From NCBI RefSeq assembly GCF_002854065.1, contig NZ_CP024147.1: DNA of 64,000 bases; one strand, written 5' to 3'. The notes beneath the pieces are model-generated. The model was not told the DNA's origin, ran no database searches, and saw only the letters and a list, made by a program, of their open reading frames with translations. This stretch comes from Escherichia coli. Lineage in GTDB: Bacteria > Pseudomonadota > Gammaproteobacteria > Enterobacterales > Enterobacteriaceae. The translations under genes and the position numbers were made by a program. Below are positions 39,143 through 48,725 of this stretch, one piece after another (positions within the stretch are counted from its first letter, which is position 1; each line of letters starts with the position of its first letter).

Positions 39143-39702
39143 AAAAGTGGCTAGTGACGATTGCAGCACTGTGGCTGGCCGGATGCAGCTCCGGCGAAAT
39201 TAATAAAAACTATTACCAGTTACCTGTGGTGCAGAGCGGTACACAAAGTACCGCCAGCCAGGGCAATCGCCTGTTATGGGTAGAGCAGGTCGCTGTACCT
39301 GACTATCTGGCGGGGAATGGTGTGGTTTATCAAACCAGTGATGTGAAGTATGTGATTGCCAACAACAACTTGTGGGCCAGCCCGTTGGATCAACAGTTGC
39401 GCAACACCCTGGTTGCCAACCTGAGCACGCAACTGCCCGGCTGGGTGGTTGCCTCCCAGCCTCTGGGAAGCGCCCAGGACACGCTCAATGTTACCGTAAC
39501 GGAGTTTAACGGTCGCTATGATGGCAAGGTCATTGTCAGTGGTGAGTGGCTGTTGAACCACCAGGGACAACTGATCAAACGTCCGTTCCGTCTGGAAGGA
39601 GTGCAAACTCAGGATGGTTACGATGAGATGGTTAAAGTGCTGGCCAGTGTCTGGAGTCAGGAAGCCGCTTCTATTGCACAAGAGATAAAGCGTCTACCTT
39701 AA
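39139..39702 (+). CDS. pqiC: Lipoprotein PqiC (YmbA), 187 aa
   Basis: Lipobox LAGCSS after signal peptide; start overlaps pqiB stop (ATGA). Confidence 0.87.
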   Translation: MKKWLVTIAALWLAGCSSGEINKNYYQLPVVQSGTQSTASQGNRLLWVEQVAVPDYLAGNGVVYQTSDVKYVIANNNLWASPLDQQLRNTLVANLSTQLPGWVVASQPLGSAQDTLNVTVTEFNGRYDGKVIVSGEWLLNHQGQLIKRPFRLEGVQTQDGYDEMVKVLASVWSQEAASIAQEIKRLP

Positions 39703-39724
39703 TTATAAAGATTTGTAAATATAA

Positions 39725-39758
39725 CCGTCTCCGGTATGTTGCCTGAGGCGGTTTTTTT
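39725..39758 (+). terminator. Candidate rho-independent terminator after pqiC
   Basis: CCGTCTC...GAGGCGG stem with one G-U pair, followed by TTTTTTT. Confidence 0.45.
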
Positions 39759-39957
39759 GTTTCTAACGTGCGGAAAAAGTTGTTCCTCTTCACATTTTTT
39801 GTACAACCGACATGCCCGTGTAGCTCACAAATATGACAGTGGCGTGAATTTTGCGCATTGACGGCAGTTATGATTCGCGGTATTGCTTAACTGTGATTGC
39901 ACATTTAGTAATCACTGTTTTCTTTTCCACCAGAAACCAGTATGAGGGAAACGAGGC

Positions 39958-40125
39958 ATGAAGAGACAAAAACGAGATCGCCTGGAACGGGCACATCAAC
40001 GTGGTTATCAGGCCGGCATCGCCGGACGCTCAAAAGAAATGTGTCCCTATCAGACGCTGAATCAAAGGTCACAATGGCTGGGAGGCTGGCGAGAAGCCAT
40101 GGCGGACAGGGTAGTAATGGCCTGA
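39958..40125 (+). CDS. rmf: Ribosome modulation factor Rmf, 55 aa (absent from ORF track)
   Basis: ATG at 39958 gives MKRQKRDRLERAHQRGYQAGIAGRSKEMCPYQTLNQRSQWLGGWREAMADRVVMA, TGA at 40123-40125. Confidence 0.9.
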   Translation: MKRQKRDRLERAHQRGYQAGIAGRSKEMCPYQTLNQRSQWLGGWREAMADRVVMA

Positions 40126-40143
40126 TTCTGTCTCTTTAAAAAG

Positions 40144-40175
40144 AAACCTCCGCATTGCGGAGGTTTCGCCTTTTG
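40144..40175. terminator. Bidirectional terminator between convergent rmf and fabA
   Basis: CCTCCGC-att-GCGGAGG hairpin with T-runs on both strands. Confidence 0.6.
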
Positions 40176-40194
40176 ATACTCTGTCTGATTATAA

Positions 40195-40713
40195 TCAGAA
40201 GGCAGACGTATCCTGGAACAGACCGACTTTCAGGTCGCTGGCGGTATAGATCAGACGACCATCAACCAGCACTTCGCCATCTGCCAGACCCATAATCAGA
40301 CGACGATTAACAATGCGTTTAAAGTGAATACGGTAGGTCACTTTTTTCGCTGTCGGCAGTACCTGACCAGTGAATTTCACTTCGCCAACGCCCAGCGCGC
40401 GGCCTTTACCTTCGCCGCCCAGCCAGCCGAGGTAGAACCCTACCAGCTGCCACATTGCGTCCAGGCCCAGGCATCCCGGCATAACCGGATCGCCAATAAA
40501 GTGGCATCCGAAGAACCACAGATCCGGATTGATATCCAGTTCTGCTTCAACATACCCTTTGTCGAAGTTACCACCCGTTTCGGTCATTTTGACCACACGG
40601 TCCATCATCAGCATGTTCGGTGCTGGCAATTGCGGGCCTTTAGCGCCAAACAGTTCACCGCGACCAGAGGCAAGAAGGTCTTCTTTTGTATAGGATTCGC
40701 GTTTATCTACCAT
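40195..40713 (-). CDS. fabA: 3-hydroxydecanoyl-ACP dehydratase/isomerase FabA, 172 aa
   Basis: ATG at 40711-40713 gives [23 protein letters not shown]...; track ORF extends 66 codons upstream. Confidence 0.96.
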
Positions 40714-40751
40714 GTTCTCTGTAAGCCTTATTTTATTGAAGCACGCAGGAT

Positions 40752-40787
40752 AGCTAACACGTGTACGCTGAACAAGTCCGATCAGTT
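40752..40787 (-). promoter_or_regulatory. fabA promoter operators: FabR palindrome (40752-40769) and FadR site (40768-40787)
   Basis: 18-bp perfect palindrome AGCTAACACGTGTACGCT; adjacent reverse complement AACTGATCGGACTTGTTCAG resembles FadR consensus. Confidence 0.6.
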
Positions 40788-42542
40788 CGGAATAAACCAG
40801 TTCAGCCAACGTAATGGCCATGGAAAACGGTGACGTCCTTCCTGTTGCGATGCTTGCGCGATACGTTCCTGGATGGTTTGCATCAGCGTCGTTTGGCCTT
40901 CGCCATCCCACACCAGATTTAATAATAACGGCAGTGCGTCAGTCACATCGTCTACTGCCCAGATGGTGAATTTGCCTTCTTCTACCGCTTTCACCAGTTC
41001 ACTGTGAAGACTTAAATGGCGAACGTTAGCAGTGGGGATAATGACACCTTGTTTACCCGTTAACTCACGTTGCTGGCAAATAGCAAAGAAGCCTTCGATT
41101 TTCTCATTTAAACCACCGACCGGCTGGGCGCGACCGAACTGATCGACTGAACCTGTGATAGCGATACTCTGATTCACCGGCACATCAGCGAGGGCGCTTA
41201 TCAGGGCGCAGAGTTCAGCCATCGAGGCACTATCTCCATCAACTTCACTGTATGACTGCTCAAATGTCAGCGATGCTGAGAAGGGGATCTGTTGCTCAAG
41301 CTGTAGTTCCGACATCAGGAACGCCTGCATGATCATCATCCCTTTCGCATGGATATTGCCGCCAAGCTCCGCTTTGCGTTCGATGTCGGTGAATTCACCA
41401 TCGCCAATATGCACAACGCAGCTAATGCGAGAAGGTTCGCCAAAAGCGCGTGGATGACCCGGAAATTCAATGACCGAAAGGGCGTTAATTTGCCCGATGC
41501 GTTCGCCTTCGGTTTCAATCAGGATTTGCTCCTGAAGGATCTCATCCTGCATGCGTTCAGCGAGGAAACCTTCACGCCATTCACGCTGCTGTAGCATTAA
41601 GTTTAGCTGCTCGCCGGAGAAGGTGTCGCCATCACACAGGGAGGCGACTTCTTTACACTGGCGGAGGATCCACTGCGGGCTAAGCGGAAGTGTTTCTTGT
41701 TCACCGGTGTAGCGTACTGCTTCGCGGATAAGTACCGGCCAGGAATCCGCTCCCGGTGCAGGTAAGTGATTATGTCTGGCGGTAAATGTCACCCAGCGAC
41801 ACCACTGGCTTACTGACTCCGCATCGACAATCTGCAGAGTATCTTCAAATTCGCTATAAATAGCCTGCTCTGAAAGCTCTGGCTCCATCTCCTGGAAATC
41901 AGCCAATGATTCGCGTTCGCCTACCAGAATGACTTTCAGCTTCAATGGCATCGAAGGCACAGAGACGGGGAGAGGGCGCGACTCATCAAACGCAACCCAG
42001 TCAAAACGCTCGCGGTTAACGATATTTTTCAGCCGCATCCACAGCAGAGGTTGCGCCAGCAGTGTACGCAAAGAGATGATGAGAATACCGCCATTTGCCT
42101 GATGCACCAGACCAGGCTGCAGGGTAATGTCGCCATTAAACTGGCGCAGGCAGCCAAAGAGTTGCTCCGCTTCTACCCAGTCGGCAGCGACAACTTGCGT
42201 TAAAGTCGCAAAATTATCATCTGCATTCACTGCGTGACGTAAGCGGATGCTGTGGCCGGAAACCTCATAGTGACCGCCCACCAGTTGGCCTGCATCGCTT
42301 TGTAGCGTACGCGCGGCGTCGGCAATAAGATTCAGATACTCAGACTCTTCCGGGGCCTTAGCCAGCATAAAAGAGGAGGATGCTCGCGTATGCAGCAACT
42401 GCTCCAGCGCAAATTGCAGTCGCGGTTGAGTATCACTGAATAAAGGATCGTTTTCGTCAATCAAATGTGGCTGAGCAAATATTTCCTGATAGCTATCGGT
42501 ATCAGGAACCAGGTCACGCCATGCAAGTTTCGTAATGGTCAA
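40782..42542 (-). CDS. ycbZ: Lon-like protease YcbZ, 586 aa
   Basis: AAA+-like N-terminal region and Lon protease C-terminal domain (GDSAS catalytic serine). Confidence 0.9.
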
Positions 42543-42727
42543 AGTTGATGTTTTTTAGTCTGTTGTCAAAGCCGCGATTATACCGTAACCGGCACTACAG
42601 CACACGTAGAAAGCACCGACAATACTCCTGGCATGGGCGTTAAAGCTCACAGGATGGAGATTCTTTTCTTCACTGGCCTAAAAAACTGATATTCTGTAAA
42701 GAGTTACACGGTAACATTGAGATCGCT

Positions 42728-43180
42728 ATGAAATATCAACAACTTGAAAATCTTGAAAGCGGTTGGAAATGGAAGTATCTGGTGAAGAAGCATCGCGAAG
42801 GGGAGTTAATCACCCGTTACATAGAAGCCAGTGCCGCCCAGGAAGCCGTCGATGTGTTGCTCTCGCTGGAAAATGAACCCGTGCTGGTAAATGGCTGGAT
42901 TGACAAGCATATGAATCCGGAACTGGTCAATCGCATGAAGCAAACCATTCGGGCCAGACGGAAGCGCCATTTTAATGCGGAACACCAGCATACGCGCAAA
43001 AAATCGATCGATCTGGAATTTATTGTCTGGCAACGTCTGGCTGGTCTTGCGCAGCGTCGCGGTAAAACGCTTTCTGAAACGATTGTTCAGCTGATTGAAG
43101 ATGCGGAAAACAAAGAGAAATACGCGAATAAAATGTCTTCTTTGAAGCAGGATCTGCAGGCATTGCTGGGTAAGGAATAA
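42728..43180 (+). CDS. matP: Macrodomain Ter protein MatP (YcbG), 150 aa
   Basis: [35 protein letters not shown]...; ribbon-helix-helix and C-terminal coiled coil. Confidence 0.9.
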
Positions 43181-43211
43181 CTGACGAAGTCAGTTCAATT
43201 TACTAAAGGCG

Positions 43212-43240
43212 AAAAAAAACCCCGCAGCTGCGGGGTTTTT
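43212..43240. terminator. Bidirectional terminator between convergent matP and ompA
   Basis: A8-ACCCCGCAG/CTGCGGGGT-T5 perfect hairpin. Confidence 0.65.
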
Positions 43241-43255
43241 CTACCAGACGAGAAC

Positions 43256-44308
43256 TTAAGCCTGCGGCTGAGTTACAACGTCTTTGATGCCTTTAACTTC
43301 GATCTCTACGCGACGATCCGGAGCCAGGCAGTCGATCAATGCAGCACGCTGTTTCACGTTGTCACAGGTGTTGCCAGTAACCGGGTTGGATTCGCCCATA
43401 CCACGTGCGGAGATCTTGTCTGCCGGGATACCTTTAGAGATCAGGTAATCAACAACAGACTGAGCACGGCGCTCGGACAGACCCTGGTTGTAAGCGTCAG
43501 AACCGATGCGGTCGGTGTAACCCAGAACAACTACGGAACCGTCTTTCGGATCCAAGTTGCTCAGCTGGCTGTACAGCTGATCCAGAGCAGCCTGACCTTC
43601 CGGTTTCAGGGTAGCTTTGTTGAAGTTGAACAGAACGTCAGACTTCAGAGTGAAGTGCTTGGTCTGTACTTCCGGTGCTGGAGCTGGAGCCGGAGCAACT
43701 ACCGGAGCTGCTTCGCCCTGACCGAAACGGTAGGAAACACCCAGGCTCAGCAGGCCGTTGTCCGGACGAGTGCCGATGGTGTGTGCGTCACCGATGTTGT
43801 TGGTCCACTGGTATTCCAGACGGGTAGCGATTTCAGGAGTGATCGCGTACTCAACACCGCCAGCGAAGACCGGAGAAACGCCGGTGTCGTGGTCTTTAGT
43901 GGATACCCCACCAGGTACGTTAGACTTGGTGTCTGCACGCCATACCATACCACCCAGACGAGTGTAAACGTCCAGATCGTCAGTGATTGGGTAACCCAGT
44001 TTAGCGGTCAGCTGAACGCCCTGAGCTTTGTAAGCGCCGTTGATGTTGTCGCCTTTGTACGGCATACGACCTAACCAGTCGTAACCCATTTCAAAGCCAA
44101 CATACGGGTTAACCTGGTAACCACCAAAAGCACCAGCGCCCAGTTGGTTTTCATGGGTCGGGCCATTGTTGTCGATGAAACCAGTGTCATGGAACTGGGA
44201 CCAGCCCAGTTTAGCACCAGTGTACCAGGTGTTATCTTTCGGAGCGGCCTGCGCTACGGTAGCGAAACCAGCCAGTGCCACTGCAATCGCGATAGCTGTC
44301 TTTTTCAT
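43256..44308 (-). CDS. ompA: Outer membrane protein A precursor, 350 aa variant allele
   Basis: ATG at 44306-44308 gives [21 protein letters not shown]; Pro-Ala hinge [14 protein letters not shown]; OmpA-like C-terminal domain; track ORF extends 24 codons upstream. Confidence 0.96.
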   Translation of the reverse strand: MKKTAIAIAVALAGFATVAQAAPKDNTWYTGAKLGWSQFHDTGFIDNNGPTHENQLGAGAFGGYQVNPYVGFEMGYDWLGRMPYKGDNINGAYKAQGVQLTAKLGYPITDDLDVYTRLGGMVWRADTKSNVPGGVSTKDHDTGVSPVFAGGVEYAITPEIATRLEYQWTNNIGDAHTIGTRPDNGLLSLGVSYRFGQGEAAPVVAPAPAPAPEVQTKHFTLKSDVLFNFNKATLKPEGQAALDQLYSQLSNLDPKDGSVVVLGYTDRIGSDAYNQGLSERRAQSVVDYLISKGIPADKISARGMGESNPVTGNTCDNVKQRAALIDCLAPDRRVEIEVKGIKDVVTQPQA

Positions 44309-44441
44309 TTTTTGCGCCTCGTTATCATCCAAAATACGCCATGAATATCTCCAACGAGATAACACGGTTAAATCCTTCACCGGGGGATCTGCTCAATATT
44401 AACTCTACCGATATCTTCGGCTTATGCCGAGCACCCCTGGC
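44309..44441 (-). promoter_or_regulatory. ompA long 5' untranslated leader with promoter immediately upstream
   Basis: Non-coding region upstream of ompA ATG; ~133-nt leader length is from recall. Confidence 0.5.
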
Positions 44442-44664
44442 GATGTAAAGTCTACAACGTAGTTGAAAACTTACAAGTATGAACTCCGTCAGGCATATGA
44501 AAAAAAAGTCTTGTATAAGGTATGTTTAATCTTTTTTGTCAGCGACAATTTACAGAAGAAAATCGCGGAAACCGCTTCAGACAAGCCTCCGCAAGGAAAA
44601 TTAGTCACGACTGAAAGCATTGGCTGGGCGACAAAAAAAGTTCCAGGATTAATCCTAAATTTAC

Positions 44665-45174
44665 TTAATGATACAAATTAGAGTGAATTTTTAGCCCGGA
44701 AAGTTGTCTCGTTGCGTGAGAGGATGCGCTTACCGGACGCATAATAAACCCCATCGCGTTACCTTCATTTGCCGCATCAACAAGTTCAGCATGCTCTTCT
44801 TCAGTCAAATCATCTGCCAACCAACCGATCACCACACTGTAATTGCCCGTGCGTAAAGCGCGAACCATTGACTCCACAGTGTGGCAAGGGGGGAGCTGGC
44901 TAATCTGCATTACTTTCGTTAAGGGTAGCCCAGATGCCTGAACCCATTCCCGACTCAGTTTTTGTTGCGGTGTTAACCAGAGTTGCCAGCGCGATTGCTG
45001 ACCGAGTTGCTGTAACAATGGCAACAGTAGAAGTTGCGTCATCATGGGCTGATCTTCGCGATAGACAACTTCACTGATAAGCCCGGCTGTAGTGTTTTCC
45101 GTAGAGACACGCGCAATTTTACTTGCTGCGGATGAGAACGACGAAGAACGATGTGCATAGCCTGAAGTGTACAT
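44665..45174 (-). CDS. sulA: SOS cell division inhibitor SulA, 169 aa
   Basis: ATG at 45172-45174 gives [25 protein letters not shown]... Confidence 0.93.
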   Translation of the reverse strand: MYTSGYAHRSSSFSSAASKIARVSTENTTAGLISEVVYREDQPMMTQLLLLPLLQQLGQQSRWQLWLTPQQKLSREWVQASGLPLTKVMQISQLPPCHTVESMVRALRTGNYSVVIGWLADDLTEEEHAELVDAANEGNAMGFIMRPVSASSHATRQLSGLKIHSNLYH

Positions 45175-45196
45175 AATCAATCCAGCCCCTGTGAGT

Positions 45197-45216
45197 TACT
45201 GTATGGATATACAGTA
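45197..45216. promoter_or_regulatory. LexA operator (SOS box) at sulA promoter
   Basis: TACTGTATGGATATACAGTA fits CTGT-N8-ACAG, 23 bp upstream of sulA start. Confidence 0.7.
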
Positions 45217-45335
45217 CATCCAGTGACAACAAAGATCAACCCTATTTTCGGAAAGAGCCTCGCAAATTTTGTCGTTGGTGACGGGAAAACATAAATTAAT
45301 CTTGCCCCTTAAGAATAAGTTGCCTATTTTCGTAG

Positions 45336-45351
45336 TTAACGGATCCGTTAA
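45336..45351. promoter_or_regulatory. 16-bp perfect palindrome in the sxy leader/promoter
   Basis: TTAACGGATCCGTTAA, 42 bp upstream of sxy ATG. Confidence 0.35.
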
Positions 45352-45392
45352 TGTGAATCATTCTTTTATGTTATGATTTTAAAAGGAATTTT

Positions 45393-46022
45393 ATGAAAAG
45401 CCTCTCCTATAAGCGGATCTATAAATCACAAGAATACCTGGCAACGTTGGGCACAATTGAATACCGATCATTGTTTGGCAGTTACAGCCTGACCGTTGAC
45501 GACACGGTGTTTGCGATGGTTTCTGATGGTGAGTTGTATCTTCGGGCTTGTGAGCAAAGTGCACAGTACTGTGTAAAACATCCGCCTGTCTGGCTGACAT
45601 ATAAAAAGTGTGGCCGATCCGTTACCCTCAATTACTATCGGGTTGATGAAAGTCTATGGCGAAATCAACTGAAGCTGGTGCGTCTGTCGAAATATTCTCT
45701 CGATGCAGCGCTGAAAGAGAAAAGCACGCGCAATACCCGGGAAAGACTGAAAGATTTGCCCAATATGTCTTTTCATCTGGAAGCGATTCTCGGGGAGGTG
45801 GGGATTAAGGATGTACGGGCGTTACGTATACTTGGGGCAAAAATGTGTTGGTTGCGACTGCGGCAGCAAAACAGTCTGGTGACAGAAAAGATTCTGTTTA
45901 TGCTTGAAGGTGCCATTATCGGCATTCATGAAGCTGCGCTCCCGGTGGCACGCCGCCAGGAGCTTGCAGAATGGGCTGACTCTCTTACGCCGAAACAGGA
46001 GTTTCCTGCGGAACTTGAGTAA
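45393..46022 (+). CDS. sxy: Competence regulator Sxy/TfoX, 209 aa
   Basis: MKSLSYKRIYKSQEYLATLGTIEYRSLFGSYSL... TfoX N- and C-terminal domains. Confidence 0.9.
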   Translation: MKSLSYKRIYKSQEYLATLGTIEYRSLFGSYSLTVDDTVFAMVSDGELYLRACEQSAQYCVKHPPVWLTYKKCGRSVTLNYYRVDESLWRNQLKLVRLSKYSLDAALKEKSTRNTRERLKDLPNMSFHLEAILGEVGIKDVRALRILGAKMCWLRLRQQNSLVTEKILFMLEGAIIGIHEAALPVARRQELAEWADSLTPKQEFPAELE

Positions 46023-48138
46023 TCTGGCGTTGCAGACGACCAATCTCAGGCAGTAATGCAATCAATAACCCAACTTGTTGTACGACCAGAGGTTCTTTGC
46101 TGTCTGCCCGTGGTTCAAGTTGCTGCATCCGCTGTTTCAGGCCAGCTAATGCCTGATTGACGCGTTCTTCATCAGCAGGTTGATGATGTAACGCGTCATC
46201 AACATAGCAAACTGCGTCATCAAGAAACGCCAGAATTTCAGGATTAGTTAACTGCTCCCGGTGAGCACCGAGGGCTGAGATATAGCTGGTAAACGTATGG
46301 TTAAGGCACAGCAACCGAAACGCGGCTTCGCGAATTTGCGGGGTAACGTTCGGTTCGCTGGACATATTTGATACCACCGACGCCAGTTCAGCATCACGGT
46401 TGTGTGCATCGCGGCGGGCAATACGATACGCAAGACGGTTATCACGCCCCTGATGGTATTGCTCCAGTATGGCATCGAGATAGCGACAGTTGGCCTCTGT
46501 GGCGCGTTCGAGCATGCGCGGCAGATTGCGAAACTGCCAGTCAGGCCAGATGTAGCTCACTGCCGCCCACGCAATGGCACAACCAATCAGCGTATCGATT
46601 ACGCGAGGTAACGCTACTTCAAAACCTTCACCCAGTAAGTTAAAACACAGTAGCACCAAAAGTGTGATGAACATCGTTGCATGAGCGTATTGCACGTTAC
46701 GGAAGGCAAAAAAGAGCACGCCGGTAATAACCAGCAGCACCAGCTGCCCTTCCAGTGATGGCACAAACCACAGCACAGGAATGCCAATGGCGATACCTAC
46801 CAGCGTACCAATAATCCTTAACTTCAGGCGGTGGCGCGTGGCGTTATAGTTTGGCTGGCAGACAAACAAACTTGTCAGCAAGATCCAATACCCGTGATGC
46901 ATTCCGGTTATTTGAATGATGGCGTAGCCGAAGCACAACACCAGCGACATTCTTACCGCATGACGGAAGAGGGCGGATTCCGGCGTGAAGTGACGGCTAA
47001 GACGCAGCCAGATATCACTCAATCCGTGCGGGCTGTCATCAGCGAGCTCATTTTCGTCATTATTATGGGGCAGTGCCTGGGCCTGTTCTGATTCAATTGT
47101 TGCCAGTTGGGCATCAATGGCGCGTAAATTGTTCAGCAAAAATCCCAGTATTTTGAGTAAATCGGCAGGCGCGCCGTTATCGCGCATCCGCTCCAGGGCA
47201 GCATCAATATGCGTAAAAGCGCGCTCAAAATGCGGATCATGTTGATAAGGCTGACGCAGCAAAATACAGCGTGACAGTTGCTGGCACGCCTGGCCCTGCA
47301 TCGACATCAGCCGCTGAAAACGGAACAGCACGTCGCTGTGGCGAAAATGTTCACGCAATGTTTGATACTGAATATGAGAAGAGCTGGCACGCTCGTGAAT
47401 ATCCTGTGCGACAAAGTAATAATGCAGCGTGCGACGCGTTCCCCGTTGACCACGATCGCCACGTAAGCGGGTCAGCAGCGAGAGTTTCGTCTGATTCAAT
47501 GTCGCCATCAGCTGACCGTTGGCGAGAGCCAAATCGTACAGCGGTGCCTGGCTTTCATCTTCAATATCAGGATCAAACATGCGCGACTTGAGCTCAAGAT
47601 AACGCGCCAGTTGTTCATAGCAACGCGCCAGGTTGTCCTGCAGCGGGCGGACCGGGAACAGCAGATGACCAATAAGTGTCAGGACGTTGTACCAGACGGC
47701 ACCAGCCAGCAGATACATCGGCTGCTGATACCAGTGCTCATACAGTGATGTTCCCAACATAGTGTAAATGGCGATCAGCAATGCACCGAAGGCAATTGTT
47801 GCATAGCGTTGACCCAGACCGCCGAGCAAAATGAAGCCGCTGGTAGAGAGCGTTAAGCCAATCGCAAATAGCCAGGGCCAGGGAAACAGCAATTCTACTG
47901 AGGCCGAGGCGATAAAAAAGCAGAACAGCGTAATGATGAGGTTACGCAAACGTCCCGCCAGTCGGTCATCGAGATCGGTCAGCGCCGCTGCCACCATCCC
48001 CAGCGTCAGCGGAATCGTCAGTTTTACATCACCCAGCCACCACGGAAACGCTGTGGTTCCACAAAGCGCAATAAAAATACGCGCGTAATACAGCCAGGCG
48101 CTGTTCCATGTATAGCGTTTGAGCAAAGGACTTAGCAT
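45985..48138 (-). CDS. yccS: Inner membrane protein YccS (FUSC family), 717 aa from internal ATG
   Basis: Large polytopic membrane protein; ATG at 48136-48138, alternative ATG three codons upstream at 48147. Confidence 0.82.
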   Translation of the reverse strand: MLSPLLKRYTWNSAWLYYARIFIALCGTTAFPWWLGDVKLTIPLTLGMVAAALTDLDDRLAGRLRNLIITLFCFFIASASVELLFPWPWLFAIGLTLSTSGFILLGGLGQRYATIAFGALLIAIYTMLGTSLYEHWYQQPMYLLAGAVWYNVLTLIGHLLFPVRPLQDNLARCYEQLARYLELKSRMFDPDIEDESQAPLYDLALANGQLMATLNQTKLSLLTRLRGDRGQRGTRRTLHYYFVAQDIHERASSSHIQYQTLREHFRHSDVLFRFQRLMSMQGQACQQLSRCILLRQPYQHDPHFERAFTHIDAALERMRDNGAPADLLKILGFLLNNLRAIDAQLATIESEQAQALPHNNDENELADDSPHGLSDIWLRLSRHFTPESALFRHAVRMSLVLCFGYAIIQITGMHHGYWILLTSLFVCQPNYNATRHRLKLRIIGTLVGIAIGIPVLWFVPSLEGQLVLLVITGVLFFAFRNVQYAHATMFITLLVLLCFNLLGEGFEVALPRVIDTLIGCAIAWAAVSYIWPDWQFRNLPRMLERATEANCRYLDAILEQYHQGRDNRLAYRIARRDAHNRDAELASVVSNMSSEPNVTPQIREAAFRLLCLNHTFTSYISALGAHREQLTNPEILAFLDDAVCYVDDALHHQPADEERVNQALAGLKQRMQQLEPRADSKEPLVVQQVGLLIALLPEIGRLQRQITQVPQETPVSA

Positions 48139-48156
48139 AAAGGCCATATTAGTGGA

Positions 48157-48603
48157 TTATTCAAAACGACGACGTGCATTGGCTTCACGCGCAGCTTGCG
48201 CTGTTTCTACCGATACCACGCGACGACCAACCGGCCATAGTGCAATAGCGGCAATTTTAAAGTTCGCAATGCCGACAGGAATGCCAATGATTGAAATACA
48301 TTGTGCGATGCCCGTTGCAATGTGCATCAGGCATAACCACCAGCCAAAGAAAATCAGCCAGAAAATATTCAATACCGTACCGCCAGTATTCAGCAGCACA
48401 TTTTTGCCAGCCGGGTTCAGTTCATCGACATGAATAGCTTCATTGCCATAAGGCACCAGAGACAGTTTAGTGATCTCCCAGCAGGATCGTGTCAGCGGTA
48501 AGGTAAAAATCAGCACAATACTGACCAGAGTCGCCAACAGCCAGCCCAGAGTGGTGGCAAATCCGCCAAGCACAAAGTTCAGAATGTTCAAAACGGTACG
48601 CAT
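48157..48603 (-). CDS. yccF: Inner membrane protein YccF, 148 aa
   Basis: Small hydrophobic protein immediately upstream of yccS in the same orientation. Confidence 0.85.
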   Translation of the reverse strand: MRTVLNILNFVLGGFATTLGWLLATLVSIVLIFTLPLTRSCWEITKLSLVPYGNEAIHVDELNPAGKNVLLNTGGTVLNIFWLIFFGWWLCLMHIATGIAQCISIIGIPVGIANFKIAAIALWPVGRRVVSVETAQAAREANARRRFE

Positions 48604-48725
48604 AAAACCTCGCTTTACTGTGGTTTTCAGTAATGGGCGGCAATTGTAACGTTTTTTTGGGCTGGAGCACGTTTTCTCTGACGGTTACACTGATAAGAAA
48701 TAATTTCGTGTGGATCTACAGAGTC

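Noticed and set aside
39942-40139. 65-aa track ORF at the rmf locus
   Set aside because: Wrong frame; the real product is the 55-aa Rmf in the overlapping frame starting at 39958.
40324-40833. 169-aa ORF on the plus strand
   Set aside because: Antisense to fabA and the fabA promoter; fabA itself is a certain call.
40714-40911. Track's 238-aa version of fabA (66-codon N-terminal extension)
   Set aside because: The extension has no ATG, overlaps the FabR/FadR operators and the ycbZ 3' end, and the known FabA N-terminus MVDKRESY begins at the internal ATG.
44463-44681. 72-aa ORF in the ompA-sulA intergenic region
   Set aside because: Starts at TTG with no ribosome-binding site, lies in an AT-rich promoter/leader region, gives a Lys-rich low-complexity product and overlaps the sulA 3' end. 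Not ruled out without expression data.
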